NCBI GenBank assembly: GCA_041476445.1
Contig: JBGOTK010000001.1
Coordinates: forward strand, 1-25,694
Reading direction: 5' to 3'
From: Minisyncoccia bacterium
GTDB taxonomy: Bacteria; Patescibacteriota; Minisyncoccia; UBA6257; JACOXY01
DNA length: 25,694 nt
Part shown: positions 16,723 to 25,694 of the stretch, piece by piece
Layout of the letters: each line of letters opens with the position of its first letter
How positions within the stretch are numbered: position 1 is the first letter of the stretch
The notes under the pieces: model-generated
What the model was told of the DNA's origin: nothing
The model's database searches: none
The model's input: the letters and a program-made list of their open reading frames with translations, nothing else
Made by a program: the position numbers and the translations under genes

Positions 16723-18072
16723 CTAAGAAGTAATAAATTCTTTTAGCTTCGCGAGCTCGCGGTCCAAAACTTCACGACTTCGCGCCTCAATATTTAAACG
16801 CAATAATGATTCGGTATTAGATTTGCGGAGATTAAACCGCCAGTCGGAATATTCGACGGAGAGACCGTCAATATGCTCGACTGTGCCGTCTTTATACTCA
16901 CTTTCAGCTCGCGCAATGATTTCGTCTTTCTTTTCGGTTTCAAAATTAATTTCGCCAGAGATGAAGTGTGTTTCGAGGAGTGGGCGCACCACTTCAGAAA
17001 AAGGTTTCCCCTCGCGCGAGAGGAGATCGAGCAGTAAAAGCACTGGGTAAATACCACTATCTAAAGACATGGTTTCCTCAAAATAGAAATGGGAACTTAG
17101 TTCTCCAGCAAAAACCGCGCCTTCGCGCTTCATGACCTCGGGAATAAAGGAGTGGCCTACGCGGCTAATGATCAAACGGCCGCCGCCGCGCTCCACGACA
17201 TCTTTGATCGGCCAAATAACGCGCGGCTCACCTACAATCGCGCTCCCCGGTTTTTTCTTTAAAATTTCTTGGGCGAAGAGTGCCGTCATAAAACAGCCTT
17301 CTACTAGCTCGCCCCTTTCGTCATAGAAAAATACCCTGTCGCCGTCCGCATCCCAGGCAATGCCCATATCCGCGCCCGCACTTTTCACCAGTTCTGAAGT
17401 TTCTTTACGATTTTGTGGGAGCATCGGATTGGGGCTGCCTTTGGGGAAGGTACCATCCGGCTCCTCATCAAGCCCCACAAGGGTAAGCGGCAGATTGGCG
17501 CGCTCTACAAACTGCCGAAATACTTTGCCAGACATACCAAAATTCGCGTTCATCACCATCTTCATGGGTTTGATATTCGCTACATCAAACTTCTCGAGCA
17601 GAAAATCAAAATAGGCAGGCAGCACGTCTTCTCGTTGTATGGTGCCGGGCTTCACGAGTTCCGGTTTGCGATCTTTTACCGCTAGCTCATAGATCTTCAC
17701 GAGACCGCTTTCTGCGGAGAGCGGTCCCATGCCTGAGCGAACCAATTTCAGACCGTTCCACTCCCGGGGATTGTGCGAGGCCGAGATGAAAACGCCGCCA
17801 TCAACGCCCAAGTGCTCGGAGGCAAAGTAATAGACGTCTACCGGTACGACGCCAATATCAAAGACATGCACGCCGCTCTCCTTAAACGCCCGGCAGACCG
17901 CGTCAAATAGGGCGGGACCTGACTCGCGCACATCGCGCCCCACCACCACCTTCCAGGCCTCAAGATGCGCCGCAAAGGCCTTGGCGATCGCCGCAACCAC
18001 CTCCTCGTTGATTTCCTTCGGATAGCGCCCGCGGATATCGTAGGCTTTGAAGATTTCTCTATTGATCTCCAT
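16723..18072 (-). CDS. Phosphomannomutase/phosphoglucomutase
   Basis: IFKAYDIRG, ISASHNP (phosphoserine loop), DADGDR (metal loop), GELSSH. Start at the ATG at 18072. Confidence 0.9.
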   Translation of the reverse strand: MEINREIFKAYDIRGRYPKEINEEVVAAIAKAFAAHLEAWKVVVGRDVRESGPALFDAVCRAFKESGVHVFDIGVVPVDVYYFASEHLGVDGGVFISASHNPREWNGLKLVRSGMGPLSAESGLVKIYELAVKDRKPELVKPGTIQREDVLPAYFDFLLEKFDVANIKPMKMVMNANFGMSGKVFRQFVERANLPLTLVGLDEEPDGTFPKGSPNPMLPQNRKETSELVKSAGADMGIAWDADGDRVFFYDERGELVEGCFMTALFAQEILKKKPGSAIVGEPRVIWPIKDVVERGGGRLIISRVGHSFIPEVMKREGAVFAGELSSHFYFEETMSLDSGIYPVLLLLDLLSREGKPFSEVVRPLLETHFISGEINFETEKKDEIIARAESEYKDGTVEHIDGLSVEYSDWRFNLRKSNTESLLRLNIEARSREVLDRELAKLKEFITS

Positions 18073-18171
18073 TGATGTGCTAATGATACACAAATGACTC
18101 GATGAAGTGAACGCCCTGAGCTCGAAACTGCATTGAATTGAGGCCATTTTTAGGGTAAAGTTACCTTCGTA

Positions 18172-20307
18172 ATGGCCAGACGCAAAGCCAAAAGGGAAGA
18201 AGAGGATTGGGACGAGGAAGACGAGGACCAGGGTGATGCCTGGCTAAGACCCGAGACAAAAAAAACCATTCTCGCTATTTTTTTTATTGTAGCGGCCATT
18301 CTTCTAGTGCTCTCACTCTTCGGCAAAGCCGGACCAGCGGGCGACATGATTTATCGTTTTTTTAACTGGCTGCTCGGCCTCGGTTACTTCCTTTTGCCGC
18401 TCGCCTTTCTCTTTGCCGCCGCCGTATTCCTTATCGCCGAGCGGAAAAAGATACTTATTACGACGATTATCGGCGGAATTTTACTGGTACTCTCCGGACT
18501 GGGCTTTATCGACATTATCTCGCCGGATAAAGGCGGTGTCTTAGGGTCGCTCGTGGGCTCAATAGAAATTCCCTTTGGTTATACCGCTTCAATCGTGCTT
18601 ACTGTAGCGCTCTTCCTGGCAAGCGGCATCATAATGCTCAACACACACATTGTCTTAAAAAATCCGCTTAAGCGTCCGCTGCGTAAGAAGACGGATATCG
18701 AAGCCCTTAATTTGCCCGACGAGGCAGAAGAGAATGATGCCGAAGAGGCGGAAGAGGAAGAGTCCGACGAAGATGAGCGTGAGCAAGAGGACGAGTCGGA
18801 AGAAGAAAAAGAGCTTATGGTAACCGAGGGCGATATGCGGCCCGAAGGAAAACGTAAAGCCTTTACATTGCCCAAAGTAAGCAAGGATTATACACCGCCG
18901 ACACTCGACTTGCTCGTGTCGTCCGTTGAAAAACCGACCTCCGGCGACCTCAGAGCAAACGCCAATATCATCAAGCGCACCCTCGAGAGCTTCGGCATCC
19001 CGGTTGAGATGAGCGAGGTTAACATTGGCCCCAAGGTTACGCGCTACAGCCTGAAGCCAGCCGAAGGCGTGAAGCTCGCGAAAATCACGGCGCTCAAGCA
19101 AGACCTCTCGCTCGCGCTGGCCGCGCACCCCATCCGTATCGAGGCGCCCATCCCGGGTAAATCGCTCGTCGGCATCGAGGTACCGAATAAGTCCGCCGCT
19201 ATCGTGCGCCTGGGCTCGCTCATGATCTACCCGGAGTTCGCGAGTTCGGGACAGCTGGGCTTTATTCTCGGCCGCGACGTCACCGGCAATCCCATTTTCG
19301 CCGACATCTCAAAGATGCCCCACCTCCTCATCGCCGGCGCGACCGGCAGCGGCAAGTCTGTCGCCTTGCACGCGCTTATCGTTTCTCTTTTATATAAAAA
19401 CGGTCCGCAGACGCTTCGTTTTGTCATGATCGATCCCAAACGTGTCGAGCTCTCAATCTATAACGGCATACCGCATCTTGTCTCGCCTGTCGTAATGGAC
19501 GGCAAAAAGACCATGGGCGTGTTCCGTTGGGCAATCAAAGAAATGGAAAATCGCTACGAAGTTCTCCAGATGTCCGGGAACAAGGATATTAAGAGCTACA
19601 ATGCGGCGCACCGCTCTGATCCCCTGCCCTTTATCGTAATCATCGTAGACGAGCTCGCCGATCTTATGGCCGCGCACGGCCGCGAGATTGAGGGTTCGAT
19701 CGTGCGCCTCGCGCAGATGGCTCGCGCGGTAGGTATTCATCTTATCCTCGCGACTCAGCGGCCCTCGGTTGAAGTCATCACCGGCCTCATCAAGGCAAAC
19801 ATCACGAGCCGCATGGCGCTTCAGGTAGCGAGCCAGGTGGATTCACGCACCATCCTCGACGGCTCGGGCGCCGAGTCGCTCCTCGGCGGTGGCGACATGC
19901 TTTTTGTCTCATCTGATTTTTCAAAACCCAAACGTATCCAGGGAGCCTACCTTAGCGAAGAAGAAATGAATGCCGTCGCCGACTTTATTCGCAGTCATAA
20001 CGAGGCGCCGGTTACCGAAGACTCGGAGAACTCCGTTCTGAGCGCCCTAGACGGCGCCGAAGTCGAGGCGCGCGGGAACTCTAAGGAAATTTTCGACGAG
20101 TTTGCCGATGCCGGAGACGGCGACGACGATGAAATCGTGGAGCAAGCTACCAACCTGATTCGGGAAACTAAAAAAGCTTCGGCTTCGTTTTTACAGCGAC
20201 ATTTAAAGATCGGCTACGCCCGCGCTGCGCGCGTGCTTGATATCCTAGAGAAAGAGGGTAAGATAGGGCCTGGACGGGGGGCCAAAGAACGCGAGGTCTT
20301 TTTGTAA
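18172..20307 (+). CDS. ftsK: DNA translocase FtsK/SpoIIIE
   Basis: N-terminal TM helices, acidic linker, motor domain (GATGSGKS, IDPK, DELAD, ATQRPS) and C-terminal gamma domain (ASFLQRHLKIGYARAARVLD). Confidence 0.95.
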   Translation: MARRKAKREEEDWDEEDEDQGDAWLRPETKKTILAIFFIVAAILLVLSLFGKAGPAGDMIYRFFNWLLGLGYFLLPLAFLFAAAVFLIAERKKILITTIIGGILLVLSGLGFIDIISPDKGGVLGSLVGSIEIPFGYTASIVLTVALFLASGIIMLNTHIVLKNPLKRPLRKKTDIEALNLPDEAEENDAEEAEEEESDEDEREQEDESEEEKELMVTEGDMRPEGKRKAFTLPKVSKDYTPPTLDLLVSSVEKPTSGDLRANANIIKRTLESFGIPVEMSEVNIGPKVTRYSLKPAEGVKLAKITALKQDLSLALAAHPIRIEAPIPGKSLVGIEVPNKSAAIVRLGSLMIYPEFASSGQLGFILGRDVTGNPIFADISKMPHLLIAGATGSGKSVALHALIVSLLYKNGPQTLRFVMIDPKRVELSIYNGIPHLVSPVVMDGKKTMGVFRWAIKEMENRYEVLQMSGNKDIKSYNAAHRSDPLPFIVIIVDELADLMAAHGREIEGSIVRLAQMARAVGIHLILATQRPSVEVITGLIKANITSRMALQVASQVDSRTILDGSGAESLLGGGDMLFVSSDFSKPKRIQGAYLSEEEMNAVADFIRSHNEAPVTEDSENSVLSALDGAEVEARGNSKEIFDEFADAGDGDDDEIVEQATNLIRETKKASASFLQRHLKIGYARAARVLDILEKEGKIGPGRGAKEREVFL

Positions 20308-20333
20308 AGAGAGCTCGCCCCTCGGCCGGACTA

Positions 20334-21053
20334 ATGAACGAAAAAGGCTTCAAACATATTTTTGTCGAGGCAGTAAGCACTCGGGGATTTAGCACTGAGC
20401 GTCTCTCCGAGCTTTCCGGCGTACCTGAACGATTTATCGAAGCCTTGCGCGCGGGGAATTATGATCACCTGCCCCCCTCCCCTTACGTACGGGGGTATTT
20501 GTATAAGATTGCGGCACTCCTTGGCGCAAATCCCGAAGAGTGGTGGCGCGCCTATCGCGAAGAACACATTCCCACGGGATCAGGCGCCCAAGACCGGCTG
20601 CCTGTAAACCGTTTCAATTTAAAACGCTTCGGCAAAGGCAAGATCGCGCTTGCCGCCCTTGCCGTACTTATCCTTGGTTACGGGGCGCTGCGCTTTAATC
20701 AAATTTTCGGCGTGCCGGAGCTCAATATTACCAATCCGAATACCACAAGCATCGTGGTGCAAAATGACCGCTATCTCGTTACCGGAAAGATATCCGCTGG
20801 CGACGCGCTTACGATTAACGGCGAGTCCGAAATGATCAGGGGCGACGGCACATTTGAAAAAGAGTTACAGCTGTATCCGGGCATAAATACCTTTGAGTTT
20901 ACCGTTGCCCATTTTTTGGGGCGCGACGCCCATGAGACCCGCAAAATCGTCTACCAGCCAGACATCGAGATGGCTCCGCAGCCGCCGCCCGAGCCCATCG
21001 CTCCAACGTCTAGCCCACGCGTTACCGCGACAAGCTCAGACGAAGGTATATAA
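20334..21053 (+). CDS. RodZ-like HTH membrane protein with an extracytoplasmic beta (Ig-like) domain and a Pro-rich tail
   Basis: N-terminal HTH (ERLSELSGVPERFIEALRAGNYDHLPPSPYVRGYLYKIA), one TM helix, and a position between ftsK and recA. Confidence 0.65.
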   Translation: MNEKGFKHIFVEAVSTRGFSTERLSELSGVPERFIEALRAGNYDHLPPSPYVRGYLYKIAALLGANPEEWWRAYREEHIPTGSGAQDRLPVNRFNLKRFGKGKIALAALAVLILGYGALRFNQIFGVPELNITNPNTTSIVVQNDRYLVTGKISAGDALTINGESEMIRGDGTFEKELQLYPGINTFEFTVAHFLGRDAHETRKIVYQPDIEMAPQPPPEPIAPTSSPRVTATSSDEGI

Positions 21054-21076
21054 TATAACAATCGTACTACACGCAT

Positions 21077-22153
21077 ATGACAAAAAAAGAAGATAAAAAA
21101 ATAAAGGAGACGGTGGCGGTCGCTGAAATGCCCGTCGCTGAAATGAAAGAAAAAACAAAAGAAACTAAAGCTGAGAAGGATAAAGACCTCAACAATCTCC
21201 TGAGCTCGCTTCAGGACAAGTTTGGCGAGGGCTCCATCATGAAACTTGGCGAGGTGAAGAAGGTGAATGTTGATGTAATCCAAACGGGCTCATTCTCACT
21301 TGATATCGCGCTTGGTACCGGCGGCATCCCCAAGGGCCGCATTGTTGAAATCTTTGGCCCGGAATCGAGCGGCAAAACAACGCTTGCTCTAAACGTCGTT
21401 GCCCAGGCGCAAAAGGCAGGCGGCCGGGCGGCGTATATCGATGCCGAGCACTCCATGGACCCTAAATACGCCGCGAAGCTTGGCGTAAAAGTTGACGATC
21501 TATTAATCTCCCAGCCCGACAGCGGCGAAGAGGCGCTCAATATTTTGGAAAGCCTGGTGCGTTCGAACATTATTGATATTATCGTAGTTGACTCCGTAGC
21601 GGCGCTTACGCCCAAAGCGGAAATCGAAGGCGAAATGGGTGCGCAATTCATCGGGCTCCAGGCGCGCATGATGAGCCAGGCACTTCGCAAACTGACCGCC
21701 ATTGCCGACAAATCAAGCACGCTCATCATTTTTATCAATCAGCTCCGGGAAAAAATAGGCGTCATGTGGGGCAGTCCAGAAACCACGCCCGGCGGCCGGG
21801 CGCTTAAGTTTTATGCCTCCGTACGCATTGACGTCCGCCGCATTGCCTATGTGAAAAAAGGCGATGAGGTGGTCGGCAATCGCGTGCGGGCCAAGGTGGT
21901 AAAAAACAAAGTGGCCCCGCCCTTCCGCGAGGCTGAGTTCGACATCATGTATGGCGAAGGCATCTCCTACGAAGGCGATGTGCTCACTGCGGCTTTGAAT
22001 TCCGGTGTGGTCACAAAGTCTGGAGCGAGTTATTCTTATGAAGGAGAGCGTCTTGGAACTGGCTTCGACAATATTAAGACGCGGCTCAAAGAAGATAAGA
22101 AACTTCTTAAAGAAATAGAAAAGAAAGTTAAAGGTGTTACAGAACGAGATTAA
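21077..22153 (+). CDS. recA: Recombinase RecA
   Basis: [55 protein letters not shown]. The true start may be a downstream ATG (21128 or 21143). Confidence 0.97.
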   Translation: MTKKEDKKIKETVAVAEMPVAEMKEKTKETKAEKDKDLNNLLSSLQDKFGEGSIMKLGEVKKVNVDVIQTGSFSLDIALGTGGIPKGRIVEIFGPESSGKTTLALNVVAQAQKAGGRAAYIDAEHSMDPKYAAKLGVKVDDLLISQPDSGEEALNILESLVRSNIIDIIVVDSVAALTPKAEIEGEMGAQFIGLQARMMSQALRKLTAIADKSSTLIIFINQLREKIGVMWGSPETTPGGRALKFYASVRIDVRRIAYVKKGDEVVGNRVRAKVVKNKVAPPFREAEFDIMYGEGISYEGDVLTAALNSGVVTKSGASYSYEGERLGTGFDNIKTRLKEDKKLLKEIEKKVKGVTERD

Positions 22154-23429
22154 ACAGTTTGTTGGTATTGCTATAGTACTCTTCCTCGTAATACTAGGGG
22201 GCTTCCTTTTGTTTTCGCACGCTGCCGCCCCGGAGGCCCCTCGAGCGGATAATTCCGCTCTTGTTGCCCCACCCGCAGCGCCACAAGGTCAAGTTGCCGA
22301 ACCCTCGGCACCGCTTCTTGCGGGTGGTGATATGGGCGCCACGGCCCCTACCGCAGCAACAAGCACAGCAACACATGTACTTTCCCCGCTCGCTACAGAT
22401 CGAAAAGCAGAGGTTCAAGCGGCTTTCGCTGCCAAATCAATCCTCGACATCGTAAAAGATAAAGCTCTGCTTCAAGACTCGCTCCAAGTCATGGGCATCT
22501 CGGCGGTCATGAGCAAGCTTGTCGCCGAATCAAACGGCGGCTCGACCTTTGATTGTCATCAGGAGGCCCACTATATTGGACGGAATGCTTACGATCTCTT
22601 TAAAGAAAAGGCATTTGCCGAGTGCGATGCTTCCTGCCACTCCGGCTGTTACCATGGCGCCATGGAAACGATGCTGCAGGAGAAGGGCACGGGAAACCTT
22701 GCCGCCACCATTGACAGCGTCTGCCAAACCTTCAGCACGAGTTTCGGCATTTTTGAATGCCTCCATGGCGTGGGCCACGGCATCCTCGCCTACATGAACT
22801 ACGACTTGCCAGCCACGCTTAAGGAGTGCGGGAAGTTGAGCAGTAATTTCGAAACTACGTCGTGCTATGGCGGCGCGTTTATGGAAAACGTGCTCACCGG
22901 CGAGGGACTCGGTGCCAGCTCGATTCATACCACCACCTGGGTGAGCAAGAACCCCCAGTTTCCTTGTAGTGGCATCGATCAAGACTTCAATGTGCAATAC
23001 CAATGCTACCAGATGCAGACCAGCTGGATGCTGTGGCTAAATGGCTATAATTTCGACGGCGTAAAAGACGAGTGCCTTAAAGCACCGGGGAACATGATTC
23101 CCGTGTGCTTCAAAAGCTACGGGCGCGACGCGGCTGGCAATTCGCTTCGTGATGCGCAAAAGATCGTGCCACTCTGCGAAAAAGTTCCAGCGGGTGACAA
23201 TCGCAACCAATGTGCCATCGGCGCGGTAAACGTCATCGTAGACTTCTGGGGCGGCAAGCTCGACAATCAGGCCACCGTGCTGTGTTCTCTCTTCAAAAAC
23301 GATGAGCAAAAGGCTTGTTACGAAACGCTTGCTTGGCGCTTAGGTGATGTATTTGGCGGCAATATCGCCAAGAAGACTGCGGTCTGCAACGGCTTTGACG
23401 AAAAATACCGCTATCTCTGCAATACGTAA
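22134..23429 (+). CDS. Exported Cys/His-rich hypothetical protein
   Basis: N-terminal TM or signal segment, Ala/Pro linker, then 18 Cys in repeated units ([29 protein letters not shown]). The GTG start overlaps the recA end by 20 nt. Confidence 0.7.
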   Translation: MLQNEIKQFVGIAIVLFLVILGGFLLFSHAAAPEAPRADNSALVAPPAAPQGQVAEPSAPLLAGGDMGATAPTAATSTATHVLSPLATDRKAEVQAAFAAKSILDIVKDKALLQDSLQVMGISAVMSKLVAESNGGSTFDCHQEAHYIGRNAYDLFKEKAFAECDASCHSGCYHGAMETMLQEKGTGNLAATIDSVCQTFSTSFGIFECLHGVGHGILAYMNYDLPATLKECGKLSSNFETTSCYGGAFMENVLTGEGLGASSIHTTTWVSKNPQFPCSGIDQDFNVQYQCYQMQTSWMLWLNGYNFDGVKDECLKAPGNMIPVCFKSYGRDAAGNSLRDAQKIVPLCEKVPAGDNRNQCAIGAVNVIVDFWGGKLDNQATVLCSLFKNDEQKACYETLAWRLGDVFGGNIAKKTAVCNGFDEKYRYLCNT

Positions 23430-23514
23430 TGCGAATCTCGTCTGAATGCTACGAATAATTCGGATGCACCGATTCGTAGCCGGTTATTCCGACACTCATT
23501 CGTTGCATTCGCAT
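23429..23514. repeat. Second CGAAT/ATTCG-module palindrome, between convergent genes
   Basis: Outer pair ATGCGAAT/ATTCGCAT; inner pair GCTACGAAT/ATTCGTAGC. Confidence 0.6.
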
Positions 23515-23532
23515 ATCATTTGTAGATTAGAA

Positions 23533-24351
23533 TTATATTTTTTCTAAAAGTTTGTAGAAGTTTTCAAATAGCTTCGCTACGAGTATTGGGCCAGTGCCAC
23601 CAGGTGTGGGCGTGTAAAAAGCTAATTTTTTCTCACTCATCGAGAGCGGCTCGGGATCAAAGTCGCCGATCCATGTACCGTTTTTTTCCGAGTAACCAAA
23701 ATCGATAACTGCTGCTCCTGGTTTAAGCATCGAAGTTTTTATAAAACCGCCGGCGCCGGCGCCCAGCACCACGAGATCCGCGCGAGAGATTAGAGAAAGA
23801 TCGCTTTCTTTGTCGAGCATGATTATTTCGCGCGCTTTGCCGATGAGCCAGGTTGCTACAGGTTTCCCTACCAGAATGCCCATGCCTACGACTGCTACCG
23901 TAGCACGACTCAGATCGAATTTCTTTTCTTTAAGTATTTCTTCGGTCGTAGCGACTGCAGGTGGAAGGACTGGATTTCTTTCCGTGTAAAATGCTCCGAG
24001 GGCTCGTTCGGAGAGGGCATCCACGTCTTTCTCGCGCGGAATAGCATTTAAGGCGTAGTGCCGATTTAACTCGCCCGGCAAGGGCAGCTGGAGCACTAGC
24101 CCACCCACCGCCTTCGATTGGCCAAGTTTGCCAATCTCGTCGCGCAGCTCGTCGTTTGTAATCGTCGGTAGAAACTCATAGATACGAAAATCGACGCCGA
24201 GCTCTGCGGCAGTTTTCTTTTTGATGCGCAAAAAGTTAACGGATGAGGGATCCTCCCCTACCAAAACCGCACCGAATATCTTGGTCGTTTTCGGACGCTT
24301 TTTAACCTCGTCCAAAATCCGCCGCTGTATTGCTTTGCCGTCAATCTGCAT
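23533..24351 (-). CDS. folD: Methylenetetrahydrofolate dehydrogenase/cyclohydrolase FolD
   Basis: IDGKAI, LVGEDPSS, LQLPLP, KDVD, VGKP, TPTPGGTGP. Start at the ATG at 24351. Confidence 0.85.
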   Translation of the reverse strand: MQIDGKAIQRRILDEVKKRPKTTKIFGAVLVGEDPSSVNFLRIKKKTAAELGVDFRIYEFLPTITNDELRDEIGKLGQSKAVGGLVLQLPLPGELNRHYALNAIPREKDVDALSERALGAFYTERNPVLPPAVATTEEILKEKKFDLSRATVAVVGMGILVGKPVATWLIGKAREIIMLDKESDLSLISRADLVVLGAGAGGFIKTSMLKPGAAVIDFGYSEKNGTWIGDFDPEPLSMSEKKLAFYTPTPGGTGPILVAKLFENFYKLLEKI

Positions 24352-24354
24352 AAA

Positions 24355-24568
24355 TAGAATCCAGCTCACTACTAGTCCCAGTCCGCGTTGCCTAGAAAAA
24401 TAAAGTATACCTTATATTTCTAGGCAACCCTGCGCGCTACGGCAAACATCACACATCCCTTTGTCGCTCCTCGTCGACGTACTCCCCAAGTACAATCTTC
24501 TCGTCGCTTCGCGGACTGCACGATGTTTTCACATAGCGCAGCCGGAAATAGTAGTGAGATGGATTCTA
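24355..24568. repeat. Inverted-repeat-bounded branched element, copy 2 (214 bp)
   Basis: Terminal inverted repeats 24355-24381 and 24542-24568 (23/27 match), beginning and ending in TA. Hairpin A spans 24387-24428 and hairpin B spans 24434-24539. Confidence 0.75.
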
Positions 24569-24610
24569 GAAGGAATGTATACGAAAATGCCGAAAAAGTG
24601 AAGTGACACG

Positions 24611-24629
24611 GCGAGCGGGCGTTGCTCGC
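24611..24629 (-). other. GC-rich hairpin just after the RT stop codon
   Basis: GCGAGC-N7-GCTCGC with no U tract. Confidence 0.35.
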
Positions 24630-24652
24630 GAGTCGCTATTACGTTTACTATC

Positions 24653-25660
24653 CTATTCAGACGATCGTCTGGATAGGATAGTAGCTTCTCTAATCTTCTT
24701 CTGTAACTTCTCTGTATTGCCGTGCTTTAACAGACCGAGATACGAATGTATCGTTTCGGAAGTCGGGTGCTCAGCCAATCTCCTCATCATCCGCTTCCTT
24801 GTCGCAGTCCGGAGTACCCGATTGTCCGCAAAATGCACCCAACCCAGGAAATCCACTCCGGAAGCTAATGTCTTGAGAAAAAGCTTTTGTGGGTGAAGTT
24901 CCAGCTTCAAATACTCAAGGAGAAATGCCTGTATACGTGGGATGAGCATTTCAAGCCACCTTCTATCTTCTGAAAATACGACGAAGTCATCGGCATAGCG
25001 GATATAGTATTTGGTCTTCAGTATATGCTTCATATGCCTGTCGAACTCATGCATATAGACATTGACCAAGAGTTGCGAGGTAAGATTGCCGAGCGGTAAA
25101 CCGACTCCAGGCCTGGTCTCAAAGCTCTCTACTACTGCCCGAAGTAGTAAGAGAATGTCTGCGTCGGAGATACGCGTCTCAAGGAGAGAATGCAAGACAC
25201 GGTGATCAATACTCGCGAAAAACTTCCTAATATCGCATTTCAGGACCCACGCAGTACGGGTATTGTTTTTACTTACCTTGTTTGAGAAAGCGCGAAAACG
25301 ATTCAGTGCTTTATGCGTTCCTTTTTCGACTCGGCAAGAATACGAGTCAGCAATAAACGTCTTATCGAAAAACGGATAGAGAATTCTGTAGATGGCATGA
25401 TGCAGGAGTCGATCACGGACTGTAGCTTTATGAATGTCGCGCGGCTTGGGATCATTGATTTTGAAAGCGTGATAAGGGCCGTGGCGGTAGGTATGCTGCT
25501 TCAGTTCCTCGTGGAGCGTCAAAATATTATCCATAAGCTGGAGTGAGAATTCTTGGACATCCTGCTTATGGCGCTTGCCTCTCACAAACTCTTCCCAAGC
25601 TGCCAAAATATTTTCTATACTTATGATATCTTGATAAGTACGTGTTAGTTGGCTGCGCAT
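24653..25660 (-). CDS. Reverse transcriptase, DGR-type
   Basis: KPRDIH...RDRLLHHA, DSYSCR..KGTH, KCDIRKFFASIDH, GLPLGNLTSQ (the GxxxSQ motif of DGR RTs), YIRYADDF, DFLGW. 335 aa, with no maturase or endonuclease domain. Confidence 0.85.
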   Translation of the reverse strand: MRSQLTRTYQDIISIENILAAWEEFVRGKRHKQDVQEFSLQLMDNILTLHEELKQHTYRHGPYHAFKINDPKPRDIHKATVRDRLLHHAIYRILYPFFDKTFIADSYSCRVEKGTHKALNRFRAFSNKVSKNNTRTAWVLKCDIRKFFASIDHRVLHSLLETRISDADILLLLRAVVESFETRPGVGLPLGNLTSQLLVNVYMHEFDRHMKHILKTKYYIRYADDFVVFSEDRRWLEMLIPRIQAFLLEYLKLELHPQKLFLKTLASGVDFLGWVHFADNRVLRTATRKRMMRRLAEHPTSETIHSYLGLLKHGNTEKLQKKIREATILSRRSSE

Positions 25661-25694
25661 AACAATCTAAATTACAAGCATGACTCCTTATAAC

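Noticed and set aside
18720-18815. GAA/GAG-rich low-complexity stretch in ftsK
   Set aside because: This is the ordinary acidic linker of FtsK, not a nucleotide repeat element.
21119-21145. 12-bp direct repeat GTCGCTGAAATG (VAEM x2) in the recA N-terminal extension
   Set aside because: A small local duplication in a low-complexity tail; it mainly makes the start codon ambiguous.
24653-25660. Group II intron or retron RT
   Set aside because: Too short for an intron-encoded protein, with no maturase X or endonuclease domain and no domain V/VI RNA seen. It lacks the retron NAxxH and VTG motifs.

Overview
This is a gene-dense bacterial window, most likely from Candidate Phyla Radiation/Parcubacteria. 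That is an inference from gene content and from few obvious Shine-Dalgarno sites; UGA is used as a stop codon. From left to right it holds: a surface/glycosylation cluster (two O-antigen-ligase-family paralogues flanking a large secreted peptidoglycan-binding Ser/Thr-rich protein, plus galU); a CIRCE-preceded htrA-clpB heat-shock unit; iscS and two RNase H-fold genes; a solitary wHTH/Cas2-like (PaaX-like) gene; a phosphomannomutase; ftsK, an HTH membrane protein, recA and a Cys-rich exported protein; folD; and a DGR-type reverse transcriptase at the right edge. The most unusual signals are non-coding. (1) Two diverged copies (8152-8421 and 24355-24568) of a branched element bounded by inverted repeats. 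Each ends exactly 3 nt before an ATG, and one lies just downstream of the RT. (2) Two related perfect 40-42 bp palindromes with mirrored substitutions bracket the Cas2-like gene. (3) A long structured leader or sRNA precedes the surface-protein gene. All calls were made by eye; no databases or folding programs were run. Several start codons were moved downstream relative to the supplied ORF track.
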